Positions 34,382 through 48,554 are shown, counted from the stretch's first letter. The stretch: DNA of 64,000 nucleotides from Schmidtea nova (GCA_044892505.1 CM097882.1:429598001-429662000), one strand, 5' to 3'. The notes: generated by a model from the letters alone, not told the origin. Translations and numbers: made by a program.

Positions 34382-35441
34382 TGTTCGTCTGTGTGCGCAG
34401 TACTTTAATTTTGGAAGAGAGAATATTTTGTAGTCTGTGTGCGCGTTGACATTTTTTGTTATTTTTGATTGCCGGTATCGCGTCTGTGTGCGCCTCACGG
34501 TTTTTTTTGTTTATCGCGTCTGTGTGCGCGTGGGTAATTTTGGTTGTGGTTTTTGTGAAATTGATTTAATTTTTAGATTTGGTTATTAATTGAATTTCAA
34601 AAAAAAAATCCAGTTGTTTAAATATTCCAATAATTGAAAGTTGGGATTTGTTTTAAAAAGGTGTTAATGGAAGGAATTTTTGGAAGCTTCGATTTAGAAT
34701 TTATGGATCAAATTATGGCAATGGATAGGTCGACAAGAAAGGCTAAAGATGATCATTCAATACAGAATAATAATGATAATAACGCTACGCATATGCAAGG
34801 AAGTTCAGAGAATCATTACAATTATTTCAATGACAGCAATAGGGATGTTATGTCGATGAATATTGATGCTAATTATGCTAATTTCAATATGCCAATGAAC
34901 ATGAATGCAGATTACAGGCCAGATGGATTCGCTAAAGCCTTGTTAGTTACTCCCAAGCAGGTGGCTGTCAATGCTGCCTTGGATTCTACTAAAATGATTT
35001 CTAAATTGCGTGCTTTGCATCATTCTAGCCAACAATTTCCGGATCTAGCATATTTCAAATGGTATGGATTAGATTTGACTAACTTCAATGTGCCAAATGA
35101 CAAAGAAGCTGGAATTTTCGAATCTTCAATGTCGAAAATTAGATCCGATCTTTCTCATATATCGAGTGATCACATAAACAATATTTCTCGCAAATCAACT
35201 GACAACAAGTCCTTAGAAACAATCTCTATCATATATCAGGTGATAAATCTTCTGATTTCGGTCAATTCGGTCAACAATGAATTGACAAACAAACATTCTC
35301 CGTTTGTGCCATCTTTGGACATACTCCGGCGATTGACGGCACAAATGTTGACTTACTGTGCATTACACGAGTTGAATGGAATTATCAATACTGTTTATTG
35401 TGTAAATAAAGATAATATGGACGTTCAATTAATGATTTCCA
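34382..35441 (+). repeat. BEL 3' LTR (1060 bp) with the same open frame (ATG 34667, stop at 35467 in flanking DNA)
   Basis: Direct repeat of the 5' LTR. Confidence 0.97.
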
Positions 35442-36120
35442 GATTTAATTCGGCGAAAAATTATTAGAATTAATTTCGAGAAATTAAAAAGAATATTCTA
35501 GAACAATTTGTTTTACTGCATTAGTTATGGTAACGCAAAATCGATGGTATATATACCGCCATCAAAATGGCAAGAATCAGAATTTTTGTGGAAATTTTTC
35601 TTGTGGTGGAATTTGTGTGAGAATTTTTCTAAGAATTTCAGAAAATTTTGTGTCGGAGCTTTTGTCTCAAAATCTTTGTGAAAGAATTGAATTTCAGAGA
35701 ATTTTGTGTAGAAGAATTTGTGAAAGAATTTGGTGAAATTTTGCGAGAGAATTTTCCTACGAATTTTCTAAGAATTTTTTTTTGAATTGCGCAGATTGGA
35801 GAAAATTCCTGAAGAAAGTAATAAAAACGATGTAAGAATTTTTTGTTATTTTTTTTTTGGCTTGGGATCATCGATCATCATGCCTGACGATTATCCCATG
35901 CCTCGCGTTTTGTTTATATTATTTTATTCTAATTTATTTATTTTATTCTTGATGATAAGGTATAATTGTATTATTCTTTTATATGGGGAAAAATATTAAT
36001 CATATTTTAATTGATTTTGTTTTTAATTTTTGTCTTTGTCACAAATTTCCCAATTAAATAAAATCCTATTTTAATATATATATCTAAGTAAAAATAAAAA
36101 TTTTTTTTTCTCCACACAAT

Positions 36121-36283
36121 CTGACAATTCGTCCAGCCTCGCGTTGTGCGGATTTGTTAGTAGCCTGGGTGGATTATTGTCCGATTGGTAATCGGCCAGC
36201 CCATTTGTCCTCCTTAAGGTGAGGCTCAAACATCCATAATCACGTCATCCCAACTGGGGAATCGTGGTATGGCCAAAAGCAAG
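36121..36283 (+). ncRNA. Structured RNA motif family 2, copy 2
   Basis: Stem CTGACAATTC/GGATTTGTTAG; CCGATT-GGTA-ATCGG (GNRA); loops shared with copy 1. Confidence 0.55.
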
Positions 36284-39200
36284 AGTTTTTATATTAATGA
36301 TTTTTATTATAGTATAGTAGAGTATTTATACTATATTACATAAGTTAATCGTAATATATAACATCAATTCGTCCAGCTCATGCCTTGAAATCTAAAATAA
36401 GCATTATCTTACTAAATAAAATCGACTCGCATTCACCTTCGTCTTCACAAAAATTTCTTCTCATCCTTTTGGAATCCAGTATATGTGAAATTAGAAATCA
36501 TGAAAAAATGCTCAATCGAAAACTATTTATTAAATAATGAACTGTGTAAAGAAGTGACGAATTATTAATGTAAAGATTATGATTTTATGTGAATTTTAGG
36601 TAAAGAACTCGAGCTGGTGGAAAATTTTTTCGAAGAATATTATTAAAAAATTTTAGTCTTATATGAATTTTTATCTTATTTAATTGATGAAAAATTTAAT
36701 TTTTTTACATTGAGTTTTGTGTATTATTATACTGGATCTTAGCATGGAATTGCTCCTTTGATTTTGTATAAAATTTATACATGATAAAGTATAAAATGGG
36801 ATTATATAGTTTAGAAAATAAAGTCAACAACTGAAAAAGATCTGTAAAAGGAATTAATAAAATTTAAAATTCAAAATTTCAATATTATAAAAATAAAAAT
36901 TTTATAACTTTGACAGAAACATAAATTCGAAATATTATAAAATTATTATTATAATCAAATATAAAAATTTATCTCATCTATTAATTCCATAATACAAATT
37001 AAGGGAAAAATTCTAATTCTACATATATATTTATATACTTATAATATAAAAAATTCAAACTTAGAATTTTATTATAAAATTTTTATTAAAATGTTATATA
37101 ATTATAAATTACAAAAATTATTATTATTATTTTAAGTTAGAAATCATAAAAATTTATTATTATTATTTTTAGAAATTATTTTATATATTATATCTATATT
37201 ACTTATAAAATACCCCCCTAATATCACATACAACCATGTTTGTGAAACAATTCACCCATACCATTCAATAACATCATCCATACTAATAACACAAGCAACA
37301 TCTATTTAAAATACAATACACACACCACACCGTATCACTCAATAACATTCATTAGCAACATACACCCAAACAATTCATACAGAAAATCTACACAGTTACG
37401 TTAGTTAGTACCATACATCTATAACTCACACAGCACTCACTTAATTACATCCACATCCACACCGCTTATTTCATCCAACAGACAAATAAACATACCATCA
37501 CATACATTCGCAACAATAGAACATTTATTTCAAAGCTATAAGAATATCCATACACACTAATTCGCAAATCATCATATCTCAGCAAACCACACCACTATAG
37601 AACATTTTCTCTGGGAATCACCTTATAAGGTATATTTTAGCCATTCATAAACACAACCAGACCATCGACTTATCGCCACGTCTCATTTCACGTAGGAAAA
37701 TCCCATCACCCTTATGAGCAATTTCACTACAATCATCAATAACATACTCAGCAAGATATACATAAAATCTTTACACCTAATTGCTGATTAAGTTGATTGT
37801 TTTATCCATTTATACTACCTATGTAGCAGATCATATCCAGGAAATGCCTATGGATTTCTATTTATCTATACTCTGAATTAGGTTTAACCGTTTCACTTAA
37901 TGATCTCCTGTAACCTTAACTACCTTATTTATGCTGGACAACGCCCATTAAAATACATTATATTCTATAATTCATTATTTCAGTCATTTAGCCCTTTTGA
38001 CCCAGCTATCGTATTCTAGATAATAAACTAACGAAACAATGCTGGTAAAGAAAATGAGAAACATATATTACCCTCAACGACGATTCACCAAAAGTTTTGC
38101 AAAATTAATAATAAATTTGTATAATTAAAACTTAGCCAAATCATTATGCAAAAGTTTCTACTAATAACCATAAAAAGAAATTGAAAATAAAAATTCACAA
38201 CACTTACCAACAATCAAACATGAACGCACAAAAATTTTATTTATAGCTATAATAACAACAATAAGATTTGCATAGTGTTGATATTGATTAAAATGCGAAA
38301 GAGGAGAGAGACCAGTGGCAGAGTAAATTTGTATGATTATGCTCATTGTGGGTGAAAAATCCCAAAATCGTCTCAGAAGTCAGCGATAGACGAGATCCCA
38401 AGACTAGATCAGTATTGTTGTCGGATGCAATTTTCTTTTGAAAAAGATGATGTTTGACTAATTCCAAGAAGAGCTGACGATTTGAACAGCAGAAAATTTG
38501 AACAAATTCCGTTAGGCTTATACACTAAAACGAAAATAAGAAAATATCACAAATAAATCAATTAATTTACCATAAATATTGTTCCAGCATCCATAAAAAC
38601 ACTAAATCGTTGCAATTGTCTGAAATGCAGGGAAATCCCCATACTAAAATTAGATATCTAAAATCAATAATCTTAGTATATAAATTAAATTGCCATAAAA
38701 TAATCTAACCAATAGAAATCTGTTATTTTTTGATTGCACATCTATATAGTTTCTGTTGAAGTTCCATTATCTTCATCAAAACCAAAGGGGGGTCGCTTAA
38801 ATTAAAATCGATAATATAATTTTAAAAATCGATAGTTAAGGGAGATCTCACATGGATGAAACTTAAAAAATTTAAGGAAATCATTTAGATACTGTCACTA
38901 ATGCCTCAGTGAGAATTTAAATGTAAATTTATTAGAAATTTTAAAATAAAATTTATAAAATTTTGATAAGAATAGCAAGATAGACATTAGGTATAGGGGA
39001 TAAATAGAGTTTAACTAAATTTACTGACACTAAAATATACAAATTTAAAAAAATCTGAAAAATAATAAAGTTTAGTTAAAATCAACAGAAAATCAAATAC
39101 CCCGAACATACGTGTTAATAAAAGATTATTCGATTCCCGAATTGAAATTTGTTGAGACTCGCTATCGAAATATGTAAAAACCCCCTTAACTTGCTGTAAT

Positions 39201-39302
39201 GACGAATGAATTAATTGATTTTGATGTATAATGATAATTTTTGTAATTGTTGTACATTAACCATCCTTGATATGTCTCAAAAACGTTTAAACATTTTTAG
39301 CA

Positions 39303-39878
39303 ATGAATCCAGTGCAACAGTTAGAGGAAATTCATAAACTGTTGATCGAGAACGCGAAACACAATAAGAAGGTCGACGCACGTTTTGCCGATCTAGAAGC
39401 TAAGGGGTTGCCCAACACAGACGCGCTCCAGCTGATGACCAGTGGAATGGAGAAATTTCGGGCCCGCTGTCGAGAGATGGAAGCGACCTGGTCCGACAAA
39501 GAAACAGTGGACCGGTTAAGAAAACAGAATTAAATGCTCATCCAACAAGCTGCCGAAGACGCAAGGAGATTGCGCGCATTTCGAGTCTCAATGCGAGAGC
39601 AGGAGCTCGTGATTGAGAAATTGAGGGTAGACAGTGGCATCATCTCCGCCATACTACCGAAATCTCAGCCTCCACTCCAGGAATTGTTCCGTGTGAGAGG
39701 GGAGGAAGAAATCGCATCTTCATCAGCAGTTCCAACCAAGCCAAAACTATGGAGGCCCAGTAAAGGGGCCAGAGCCAGGAACAAGCGTTGCCAAGAAGCG
39801 CGAGTGCTAGGCCAGTTAAGAGTGGAGGCCTCGAAAATCATTAATTTTGACATTGATTTAACAAGTCCACGCATATGA
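39303..39878 (+). pseudogene. Coiled-coil ORF with basic C-terminus (191 codons, one in-frame TAA at 39531); probable distant ORF2
   Basis: Two track ORFs abut in frame. Length, architecture and position before the RNA motif match ORF2; sequence similarity is weak. Confidence 0.55.
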
Positions 39879-40076
39879 TTTGATATTGTATTAAATGTTG
39901 TAATATGATTATAAGTTTTCTCTTATATTGTTTCTACTATTTGTTTGTTTGAACAAGGACAGATAAAAATAAGAGATTTAATAAGTTAAATAATTAATAA
40001 ATAAACAACGGTTTGGTGAAAATATTCAAATGGAGACCTTGTATTGGAAATCCAAAGCGATAGAGCGTTTGATTTA

Positions 40077-40245
40077 AAGGGACTAAAGGGGCATTAAACC
40101 TTCTATCGGTAGCCCTTGGACCCAGGAGATATTCGGTCAATCATAGTTTCGTATTGACGACGCTCACTGATTGCGAATACCCACCCATTTGTTGCATTAC
40201 CAACGTTACCTAGTGACGGGCAACTAGATGGTTATTTCAATGTTT
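40077..40245 (+). ncRNA. Structured RNA family 1, copy C5
   Basis: All conserved blocks present. Confidence 0.75.
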
Positions 40246-41305
40246 TGTATGTTGAGTTGTTGATACGAGATTTTATTTTTACTTACAACACGAAAATAGA
40301 TGAAAATTATTTCTGATTCCAAATGAAATAACCACTTGAAACAATAGTCCAGATATCATAGCAGAATAACTTATAAAATTTCCAATTGTCAGGGCAAATT
40401 CCAACGAGAGAATCAATGAATTCTAAAGTTATAACGTAAAAGGCTGGATAATTTAATCTTATCCCACTTACGATCTTGCTTGTCGAACGGCCCATATCGA
40501 GAGCTTCTTTGAAGGGCTGGCATCCAAAACTAGTATCTAAATCATGAATGAAATATCTTAAAGGAGTAAAACTAAATCAACTTACCAATAAATTCAGTTG
40601 AAATTAGGGGGAATCCCATTCTAAAAATATAAAAATAATCAATAATTATAATATACAAAATCAAATTCGTATAATATAAATTAGCCAATAGGAATCCGCC
40701 AATTTTTCAGTGGCGTTTATATAGCTTTCTTCTTTTTCGGGGGAACGCCGATGATTTTGATGGGAACGCGATCAAGATCGGATTTCCTAGTTTGAGTTTT
40801 GACCTAAAATTTGGAAATAAACATAAAATTCGAAAATTTGAGAAATACCGATGTTAAATTATTTGGAGAATTTATATTGTTGCTGTTGCTAAGGCCTCGG
40901 CAAATTTTTGAAAATTAAAAATTAAAGTTTTAACAAGATTTTAATTGTATATATAAAGCAAGATAGACAATAGGATTAAAATACAAATTAGGTTTATCTA
41001 AATCTTCAATATGGAAAACACAAAAATAGTTGTACAATCTTGAATATAGTAGTAAATTTGATAAAATTAACAGTGATTGAAAATCCCCGAATATATGCAT
41101 TTTTACAGGAATATTCAATCCCCGAATTGAGTTGCGATGATATGCTTGAGCACGAGCTTACGAATAAAAATGGATGCACGAAAACTCCTGTGTTTTGAGA
41201 TAATACCGTGTATAATGGCTGATTGCGAGAAATTAATAAATTTTTATCGATGAAATTATTTCATTTTGCTAATTTAAAAGAGATAACTACAGTTAAATTG
41301 TTAAG

Positions 41306-41541
41306 AAGGGACAAAATGGGCATTAAACCTTCTATCGGTAGCCCTTGGCCCAGGAGATATTCGGTCAATCATAGTTTCGAATTTTCGACGCTCACTGATT
41401 GCGAATACCCACCCATTTGTTGCATTACCAACGTTACATTGTGACGGGCAACAAGATGGTTAATTCTAATGTTTTATGTGTTGAGTTGTTGATGAGAGCC
41501 ATAGTAACGTCAAGGTCATATTGACGATCAACAACCAACCA
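41306..41541 (+). ncRNA. Structured RNA family 1, copy C6, plus terminal hairpin
   Basis: All conserved blocks, then GTTGTTGA...GTCAA/TTGAC...TCAACAAC. Confidence 0.75.
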
Positions 41542-41775
41542 ATATCTTAGTGCGTATTCTCGACGTACTTCGATCGTATTTGGATCATTGCGACACACAT
41601 GAATCAAGTATGTTCTTTTCAAAGGATAATGAAAATCCTTGTTACGTCGAAAAATTGTAGGAGCAGACACTGAGATATTGAACATTGTTAAAATTCTATT
41701 CATTATAGATGAGAGACTTAAAGTACAATCTTCATCAAGCCATGTTTTAATCAGGAGTTTTTGTTCATCATTCAA
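41542..41775 (-). pseudogene. Tc1/IS630 transposase, N-terminal half
   Basis: WLDEDCTLSL...FHYPLKR...RNDPNTIEVRREYALRY. Confidence 0.8.
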
Positions 41776-42769
41776 TTTCGTGTTATGAGCTCCACCTCGA
41801 ACGCTTGCGAATCTTTTCCACTGTCTTTATATTGTTTTATTATACAACTAATTGGATCTTCAAACCCAGAATCGAAACTGTTTCCGGTAACGTATGAATC
41901 TATAATTTTTTATCTATCAGTATCATTTGTTGTAACATATCTTCTTGGAGTAATTGCTAGCACTTGAAGCGGTGAATCTAGATTTAATGGCAAATTTTCT
42001 ATATTTAAAGGTACTGGGAATTCATTTTATGTCAGCGAAATATCGGATTCAGCATTGATAAAGATTTGAGTTGTATATTTTAAAGAAGGATATTAATTCC
42101 GGTCGTAAATTGTTGCAAAATGAACTGATGATGTTGATGGTGATGTCACACACTGAGTCTGAATGACCAATGTCGAATTATTCATTTTCATATGCTCTCA
42201 TAAAGGGAATTTAATAAAAAATTAAATAAGAGTATAAAATTTCCAGCGGATGTTTTAATATTTAAAAAAACCAAATTGAATTTGAAATTTTTGAAGTCAG
42301 ATTTGAATTTATAGAAATCGAATTGAAATTTAATAAAGTTAGATTTAAACTCAGATTAGCCTGAAAAATCCTGTATTTCATTTTCAGTCTCAGATTTTTT
42401 TGTATACTAGTGCAACTTCTTGTATGGTGTAATATAGGCTTGTGACATCATTTAATGCTTCAGAATGAACCATAGCATTAAAAGAAAATCCATCTTTAGC
42501 TGCATATATTGCTAAAATTTCTAAGAAGCTTTTTGTAAGCCATAAAGCGCTTTATTGAAGAACTAGTTAGCCTTAATTGTTTAGACGTTGTTGTTTCAGC
42601 ATCATGGCAGCTTCTTTTTCTAACAATTTGCAAATTATGAATTTTTAAATGGTTTAATAATTCAGTAGTATTGCTCCTCGATAATTGTAGTTAGCTTCAT
42701 TTTGATAACGTTTTTGAAATAATTTCAATCATTTGATTTTTCATTGCTCATTAATTTCCTGGGTAATGT

Positions 42770-44400
42770 TGGTGTATTGGTAGTTGATTTTATTTGAACT
42801 CTGTTTGGCTAGGGCAATAAATGTTTACACTAACACAAAATGGATTGTCTCCGCTCTGGTACCCGTGGAATTTCCCTAGAATTATCCCACATTGGTGCTG
42901 TACCATACGGTGCATACCAAGCGAACATGTGAGCGGCCTGAGTGGTCACTACTACTCGCTTTCTAGAGGTTTCTCGTCTTCTTTTGAAAATACTCCACTC
43001 AACCGTATCCTGCTTTCCATCTATGTTGGACTGCCAATCAATCTCCAATATTTCTCACTCATCACACTGATTGAAGCTCTTGAATTCCATAGCATCTCAT
43101 AAAATCCATTTATTTTAATCGTACTCCACCTTCTGTCATCATCCTTCTTAAACATCACATCCTTTACAAAATTTCGTTTTTTATACTCATCTACTGTCTC
43201 GACCCTATTGACGAAATGTAGACAACAGGGTCTTGGTTTTTTTGAGTCTCAACATTATGTATGACTGGGGCTATCAATTCTTTTGATCTGATACACTCTT
43301 CGTTTCAGTCTTTGTACATTACCTCTTGATTTCGCTAACAAATTGCAACTTCTAAATGAATGACCTTCTTTACCGCATATTAAGCATATGTCCTTCAAAG
43401 GACACTCAAATCGTATATGGTCACTTTGTCGACAACAAAAGCATTGACCAGGTCTTAACCTTTCTTCTGCTGGCTCAGGTAGACCACAACATCTATTTTA
43501 AACTTTCCTTGCAATATGTTTCATTGAAACTAACGGTGGTGGTCTACGATCCGTAGGTGTCCTCTCATTATATTATTCACTCTATCAATTTGTCTTTCGC
43601 GTCTTTCATTTCTATTTTGATAACTTTATTCTGGTTGACGACTTGAACACATTCTATTATTTAAAGATGTTTTTAGTCCATTGCTTCTGTTTATCTTGAG
43701 CAATGTTTGCATAGGTTGATTTCACTACTACCTGAACTTCTTCAAATCGTTCTTTTGCATCATAACCTTCCCGTGCCTCATATACCTTTGCTAAATTTCT
43801 AATTTCTTCCCTCGTGATGTTAGCCTTCGTTTATATATATTTTCTTTCAAACGGTCGTTCCGAACTCTGCTGCACAAAATCAGTTCAACAATATTTTCTT
43901 TTGAAATTCCACAGTCAAAAACTTCGTCAACGAGCTTCTTTACTCGTACCTCTAATGTAAAAAATCTTTCATCGTTATTTTATTTAACTGCTAAAAAGTC
44001 ACAAATCTTATCCATAACGGACTTTTTTTTGGTAAATGTTTCATTAAAGCGTTCACGAGCTTTTTCATTCGTTGTGGCAATGTCCTTAAATTCTTTCCAG
44101 AGAATAGATGCCTCTTCAGACAATAATTAATCAAAAATATTTACTAAATTGAGATCGCTAAGTAGCATCCAATCTTCAATATCCTTGAGCTATTTCTCTG
44201 CTTCTATCGTGCTTCGGCCGTCAAATCTTCTGACATTAAAATTCAAAATGTCTTTTGCCTGTTTAGGCAAAGATTCCATAATCATCTTTTTATGCTGATT
44301 TCTTGTCACCACGTGAATCGGCTCGATTTTTTCGGCGTGGTCGCCAATTACAATTTCTTCATAATTCATAATAACAATTTGTCAAATTAAAAAATATTTT
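42770..44400 (-). pseudogene. Decayed Gypsy-like gag-protease
   Basis: VRRFDG...KDIEDW (gag-like); MLWNSRASISVMSEKYWRLIGSP (degenerate DSGAS); many stops. Confidence 0.55.
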
Positions 44401-45104
44401 TTACAACAGTGCCGAATTTGATAATAATAAAACAAAGTTAATTATTGAACATCACTGACATCATTAGTTTTGTTTTTAATTCTTCTTTTAATCTTCTGTT
44501 TTCGATTCGTAAATGTTTCGGTAAAATATTCTTTTCTAATTTCTCTTTTTTTTGTCGCTTTTAAAATTTTAGTGATAGGCCTTAAATATATAAAGTAATA
44601 AAATATTACCAAAATTAGAATTATTATAATAAAAGAAATAAATTAATACTTAAAATAAAGATGAGCCCTGATAAATTACAAAAGTAGAAATTGTCTATCT
44701 TTGGTAATTGTGAGTTGGTATGACTCTAAATAGTATTTTAGTTGTTATCGAATATATAAATAATATTTTAAATATAGTATAAATAATTGTTCGAAAAAGT
44801 AACAAAGGGACGATAAGTTTAGCGAGGACAATAATTGTAGCAGCACAATAATAGTTACTTTTGAATAGCTAAAATAAATTTTAGTGTGGAAAAAATCTTA
44901 CTGACAAATACGGAAATTAACAGAAGTACAATTGTGGAGAAAAGTTAATCGGCGCCTTGTAGAAGAAAATCTGTTTTTAAAACAGCTGTCGTTTGTTAGA
45001 ATTTTGAACAATTATTGAAGTGGCATCGAGGGTTATTTGGAGCGGCTTAAGACTGAAAGAATAGAACAGCTGAATTTGAATTGTATTGGGAAATATTTAT
45101 CTAA

Positions 45105-47287
45105 CCCTCAGTCTACCGGACCCGAAACGAAAATTAAATTGTAATAATTTTCTAAAATTAATTATTTATGTTATAAGGCTTTGTGACTTTTTAAGTATAG
45201 TATGTTTATGATACTAATTTTTTTTTCAAAAATTAATTATAAATAAGGAGCTGTACGATAACTACCGATAACTACCATACGGGTTTAATGGACCCATCAT
45301 GTTTTCTGCAAGTCTAAACTTGTTTTAATGCATTCTAATCATGTGATAATTATTAATCAATCTTTATAATGGCATATAAAAGAAAATATTTGAATGATAC
45401 TGAAATATCCCACATGGTAGAAGAACAAAGTGACAATGGGAGTGATTATGAATCATCATCAGATGATGAGGAAGAAGATAAACACACATTTAGTGAATCA
45501 AGTTTTTCGGAAGATGTAGAGAATATGGAGGACAAACAACATGAAACATGATATATGCTTGGCACTAGTGACAAGAGTGATGAAAATGAAACTAATATTG
45601 AGTCAAATATAAAATACATTTCGAAAAATAAAGTAGAAATATGGCATGTAATTCCTTCAGTGCAAATAGGTAGAACTGGTAATCAAAATATTTTAAAGGA
45701 AATATCTGGCCCTTCGCAATATTCATATAGCGAGGTTAATACAATTGAGTCAACTTCTATATTGTATTTTCGCAAACCACTTTTGAACATCATAACAAAA
45801 TGGAAAAATAAAGAAGGGAAGAGAGTTTTCAGTATGGCATGGAAAGAAATTGATAAAATGAGCTAACAAGGTTTATTGGAGTATTAATTCTCATAGGTGT
45901 GTATAAATCAAAAAATGAAGAAATTTCTGAACTTTGGAGTGTCGAAAATGGAAGAAATATTTTAAACAAGATCATGCCTCGAACTCTTTTTCAAAACATA
46001 CAGCGTGTTATAAAATTTGACTATACCACTAGAAGAAGAGAAAGAAAATCTGAAGACAAATTAGAGTCAGTATGAGAATGTTTTGAGCTATGGAATACGT
46101 ACTTTCGAGATACCAACATTACTGATTGGTTTATGACAGTCGATGAGCAGTTAGTTACATTTCGCGGCAGATGCCCGTTCAAACAATCTTATACCGTCAA
46201 AGCCATGTAGGTATGGAATCAAACTTTGGACCATATGTGATAGTACAACATCTTATGCATGGAAATTGATCATATATACTGGGAAAGAATATGGATTCGT
46301 GAAATAAAACAAGGCGAAAATGTTGTGAAAAAATTAGTTCAAGAAATTGAGAATTCTGGTCGTAACATTACATGCGATAATTTTTTTAAATCACTATAAT
46401 TAGCAAGATTTTTGCAATCAAAAAAATTTAACAATAGTAGGAACAATACGTAAAAATAGATCAGAGTTGTCCATTTGCTTTACAGATCCCAAAAAAGGGA
46501 TGTATTCTCAAGTTTATTTGGTTTTATGAAATATGTTTGTATTGTTTCCTACTGCCCTAAAAAGGGCAAAGTTATTACATTACTTAGCAAATTGCACAAA
46601 AATAATAAAACTGATGAGAAAAATGTTCAGAAAAAGCCTAAAATAACACTTAGCTATAATGATACCAAATCAGGTGTAGATACAATGGATCAAATGACTC
46701 GCTGCTATAGTGTGAAATGAATGACGAGAAGATGGTCATTAATCATATTTTATAATATGATTGATATAAGTGTAATGAATGCATTCGTTGTATGGAAAGC
46801 AATTAATCCTAATTTCATTACAAAATATAAAAGGCGACGCAATTTCATAATTGAATTATGGAAGCAATTAGTCAAATTTAGAGATGGGATGCAAAACCAA
46901 CCTAAACCATCAACAAGTACTAGTATTTTGGAAACCCCACCAGCAAAGAAAAGATGTTCAATTTGTCCTGTGAAAAAGGATAGAAAGACAAAGACAACAT
47001 GCAACGAATGCAAAAAAATGTTTGTACTGAATATTCTAGTGTATTATGTATTTCTTGCACAAAAAAGTAATTTCTCCTGTTTTATTTTTTCATTGATAAA
47101 TGTTCATTTACTTTTTATATTACAAAATGTTAATTCTTGTATAATATTTGATTTTTTCCTTTATATTTGAAAATTTATATTTAATTTTTACATTCATAAT
47201 AATACATATAACAGCAATTTAAAATAAACCAGGCCCATTAGACCCGGGCGGTATTTTTAGGAGCACTTTATTTTGGTAGACGCAGGG
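45105..47287 (+). mobile_element. piggyBac transposon, decayed
   Basis: TIRs CCCT(CA/GC)GTCTACC, degenerate TTAA sites (CTAA/ATAA), subterminal inverted repeats at about 45282 and 47231. Confidence 0.85.
45369..47060 (+). pseudogene. piggyBac transposase with stops and frameshifts
   Basis: TVDEQLVTFRGRCPFKQ, CDNFF, YNDTKSGVDTMDQM, RRWSLIIFYNMID, C-terminal CSIC...CNEC. Confidence 0.9.
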
Positions 47288-48554
47288 ATAAAGATCCAGG
47301 TTGAATTTAAAAGGAGGGAGAGAAAACTTTGAAGGAGAAAGTCGAAGGGAAACACGTAATTATTATTATTATTTTAAAATCATTATACGAAATAGAAAAT
47401 TTTTAGTGAAGGATTAATTATTATCCTCTTGAGTTTTGTTTTAAATTAGCGAATACAAAGTAGGGTACCTTACTTTCGTATTTCCTGGGTGTGCCAAAAT
47501 CTTTATCAGCTTACTTACCCAACTTCTGTCAGATTATTTGAGCGATCGTTGTGATACAAAGGAGCCATCGATTTCTTGCGGGCTGCAATAAACAGCAAGA
47601 ATTATCATATCCAACTCTTGAATTTGTTCTGTAACACTGTAAATTTGATTTAAATATACAAATTGTAAAACGGAAAGGTGTTTTTACTACAATAAACATA
47701 TTAAATAAATATACGCAACCACACGAATTATATATTATTTATCTCTATTAGTAATTATTTATAATTGCAGTCAGCTGTGTTAAGATTATCAATCCCCCGC
47801 TTTTGATCTTAACAAAAATTAAAAATCTTTCCTTATTTCCAAACCTAGAAGTTCCTGGCCTTTTCCCCCATCTTTTCAGATCGTCTTTGTGTATGCATTT
47901 TTGGGATAGTAGACAGTTAAAACTCTTGAATCCATCTGCAAAATTTATTCACTATTACAAATCTCAAACTCTTTAAATAGAGTACTGTTTGGATTACGCA
48001 ATCAACATAAAATAGTTTGATCCTTTGGTCTTTGATCTTGATTCAATATCATCACTATTATATTTAAACAATATGTTAAATTAAATTATGTATAAAAATT
48101 TAAATCAAATACACAGAAGAATTTTTGCAATAATAAATATATAAATAACACGCAAAGCAAGTAATAAAGTTAGATTTGATGACAGACGAAACAAGAAAAT
48201 AAAATAATAATTAGGAAATAAAATTTATAATCTAATTTAGAAATAAAATTAAAAAACTTAGAAAGTTTCAGAATACAAATAAAATAAAAAAATCGAAAAG
48301 TATAAATTAAGCTTTTATGTAAATTAAGAAATAAAAATTATTTATCAAAAATAACTATAAATTAGAAAGAAAAATATAAAAATTTAAAATAAATTAGCAA
48401 ACCAAAGGTTCAATGTCTTACTAAGGATTAGTATACATCCTTACATTAATTCAGTATCTGTCAAAATTTCAATCCATTTTGAATAACAGAAATTCGTTTA
48501 TAGTTGTTATTAACGATGGAAAATAAATAATTTTGGCGTTAGTCGATTCTTTCC

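Larger units (their letters stand above)
27128..35441 (+). mobile_element. BEL/Pao LTR retrotransposon, full length and very young
   Basis: TG...CA LTRs, 5-bp TSD GATTT, PBS, PPT, and gag-PR-RT-RH-IN order. The LTRs differ by one indel and two substitutions. Confidence 0.97.
26634..40265 (+). mobile_element. Inner LTR-like unit (3' end truncated), host of the BEL insertion
   Basis: Starts TGTTGGGC and is a diverged homologue of the 24535-26633 segment. Carries RNA family 2 copy 2, a coiled-coil ORF and family 1 copy C5. No TSD recovered. Confidence 0.55.
24535..41541 (+). mobile_element. Outer LTR-like unit (about 24535-26633 plus about 40270-41541, about 3.4 kb net) holding nested insertions
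   Basis: TGTTGGGCC...CCAACCA, TSD ATAT at 24531-24534 and 41542-41545. Contains RNA family 2 (25889-26063) and family 1 copy C6. Confidence 0.75.
23742..42373 (-). mobile_element. Tc1/IS630-like transposon with a 17-kb nested insertion
   Basis: Diverged TIRs CA(T/G)G(G/A)TTTTTCAG(A/G)CTAATCTGA, TA on both sides. The transposase halves (41542-41775 and 23990-24534) join in frame across an ATAT duplication. Confidence 0.85.
22377..42790 (-). mobile_element. Decayed hAT transposase split by the Tc1 insertion (pieces about 22377-23739 and 42376-42790)
   Basis: BED-like SNTTELLNHLKIH (about 42650), LGLVSINEKCTAE, ALKEFG, NHAIHL (23450-23650), TSTSCERVFS (about 22430). Confidence 0.7.

Noticed and set aside
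41306-41475. Calling RNA family 1 a bona fide HDV-like ribozyme
   Set aside because: The P1/P2/P3/P1.1-like pairings fit, but L3 lacks the G25 equivalent and no conserved C precedes the P2 3' strand. Reported only as partly HDV-like.
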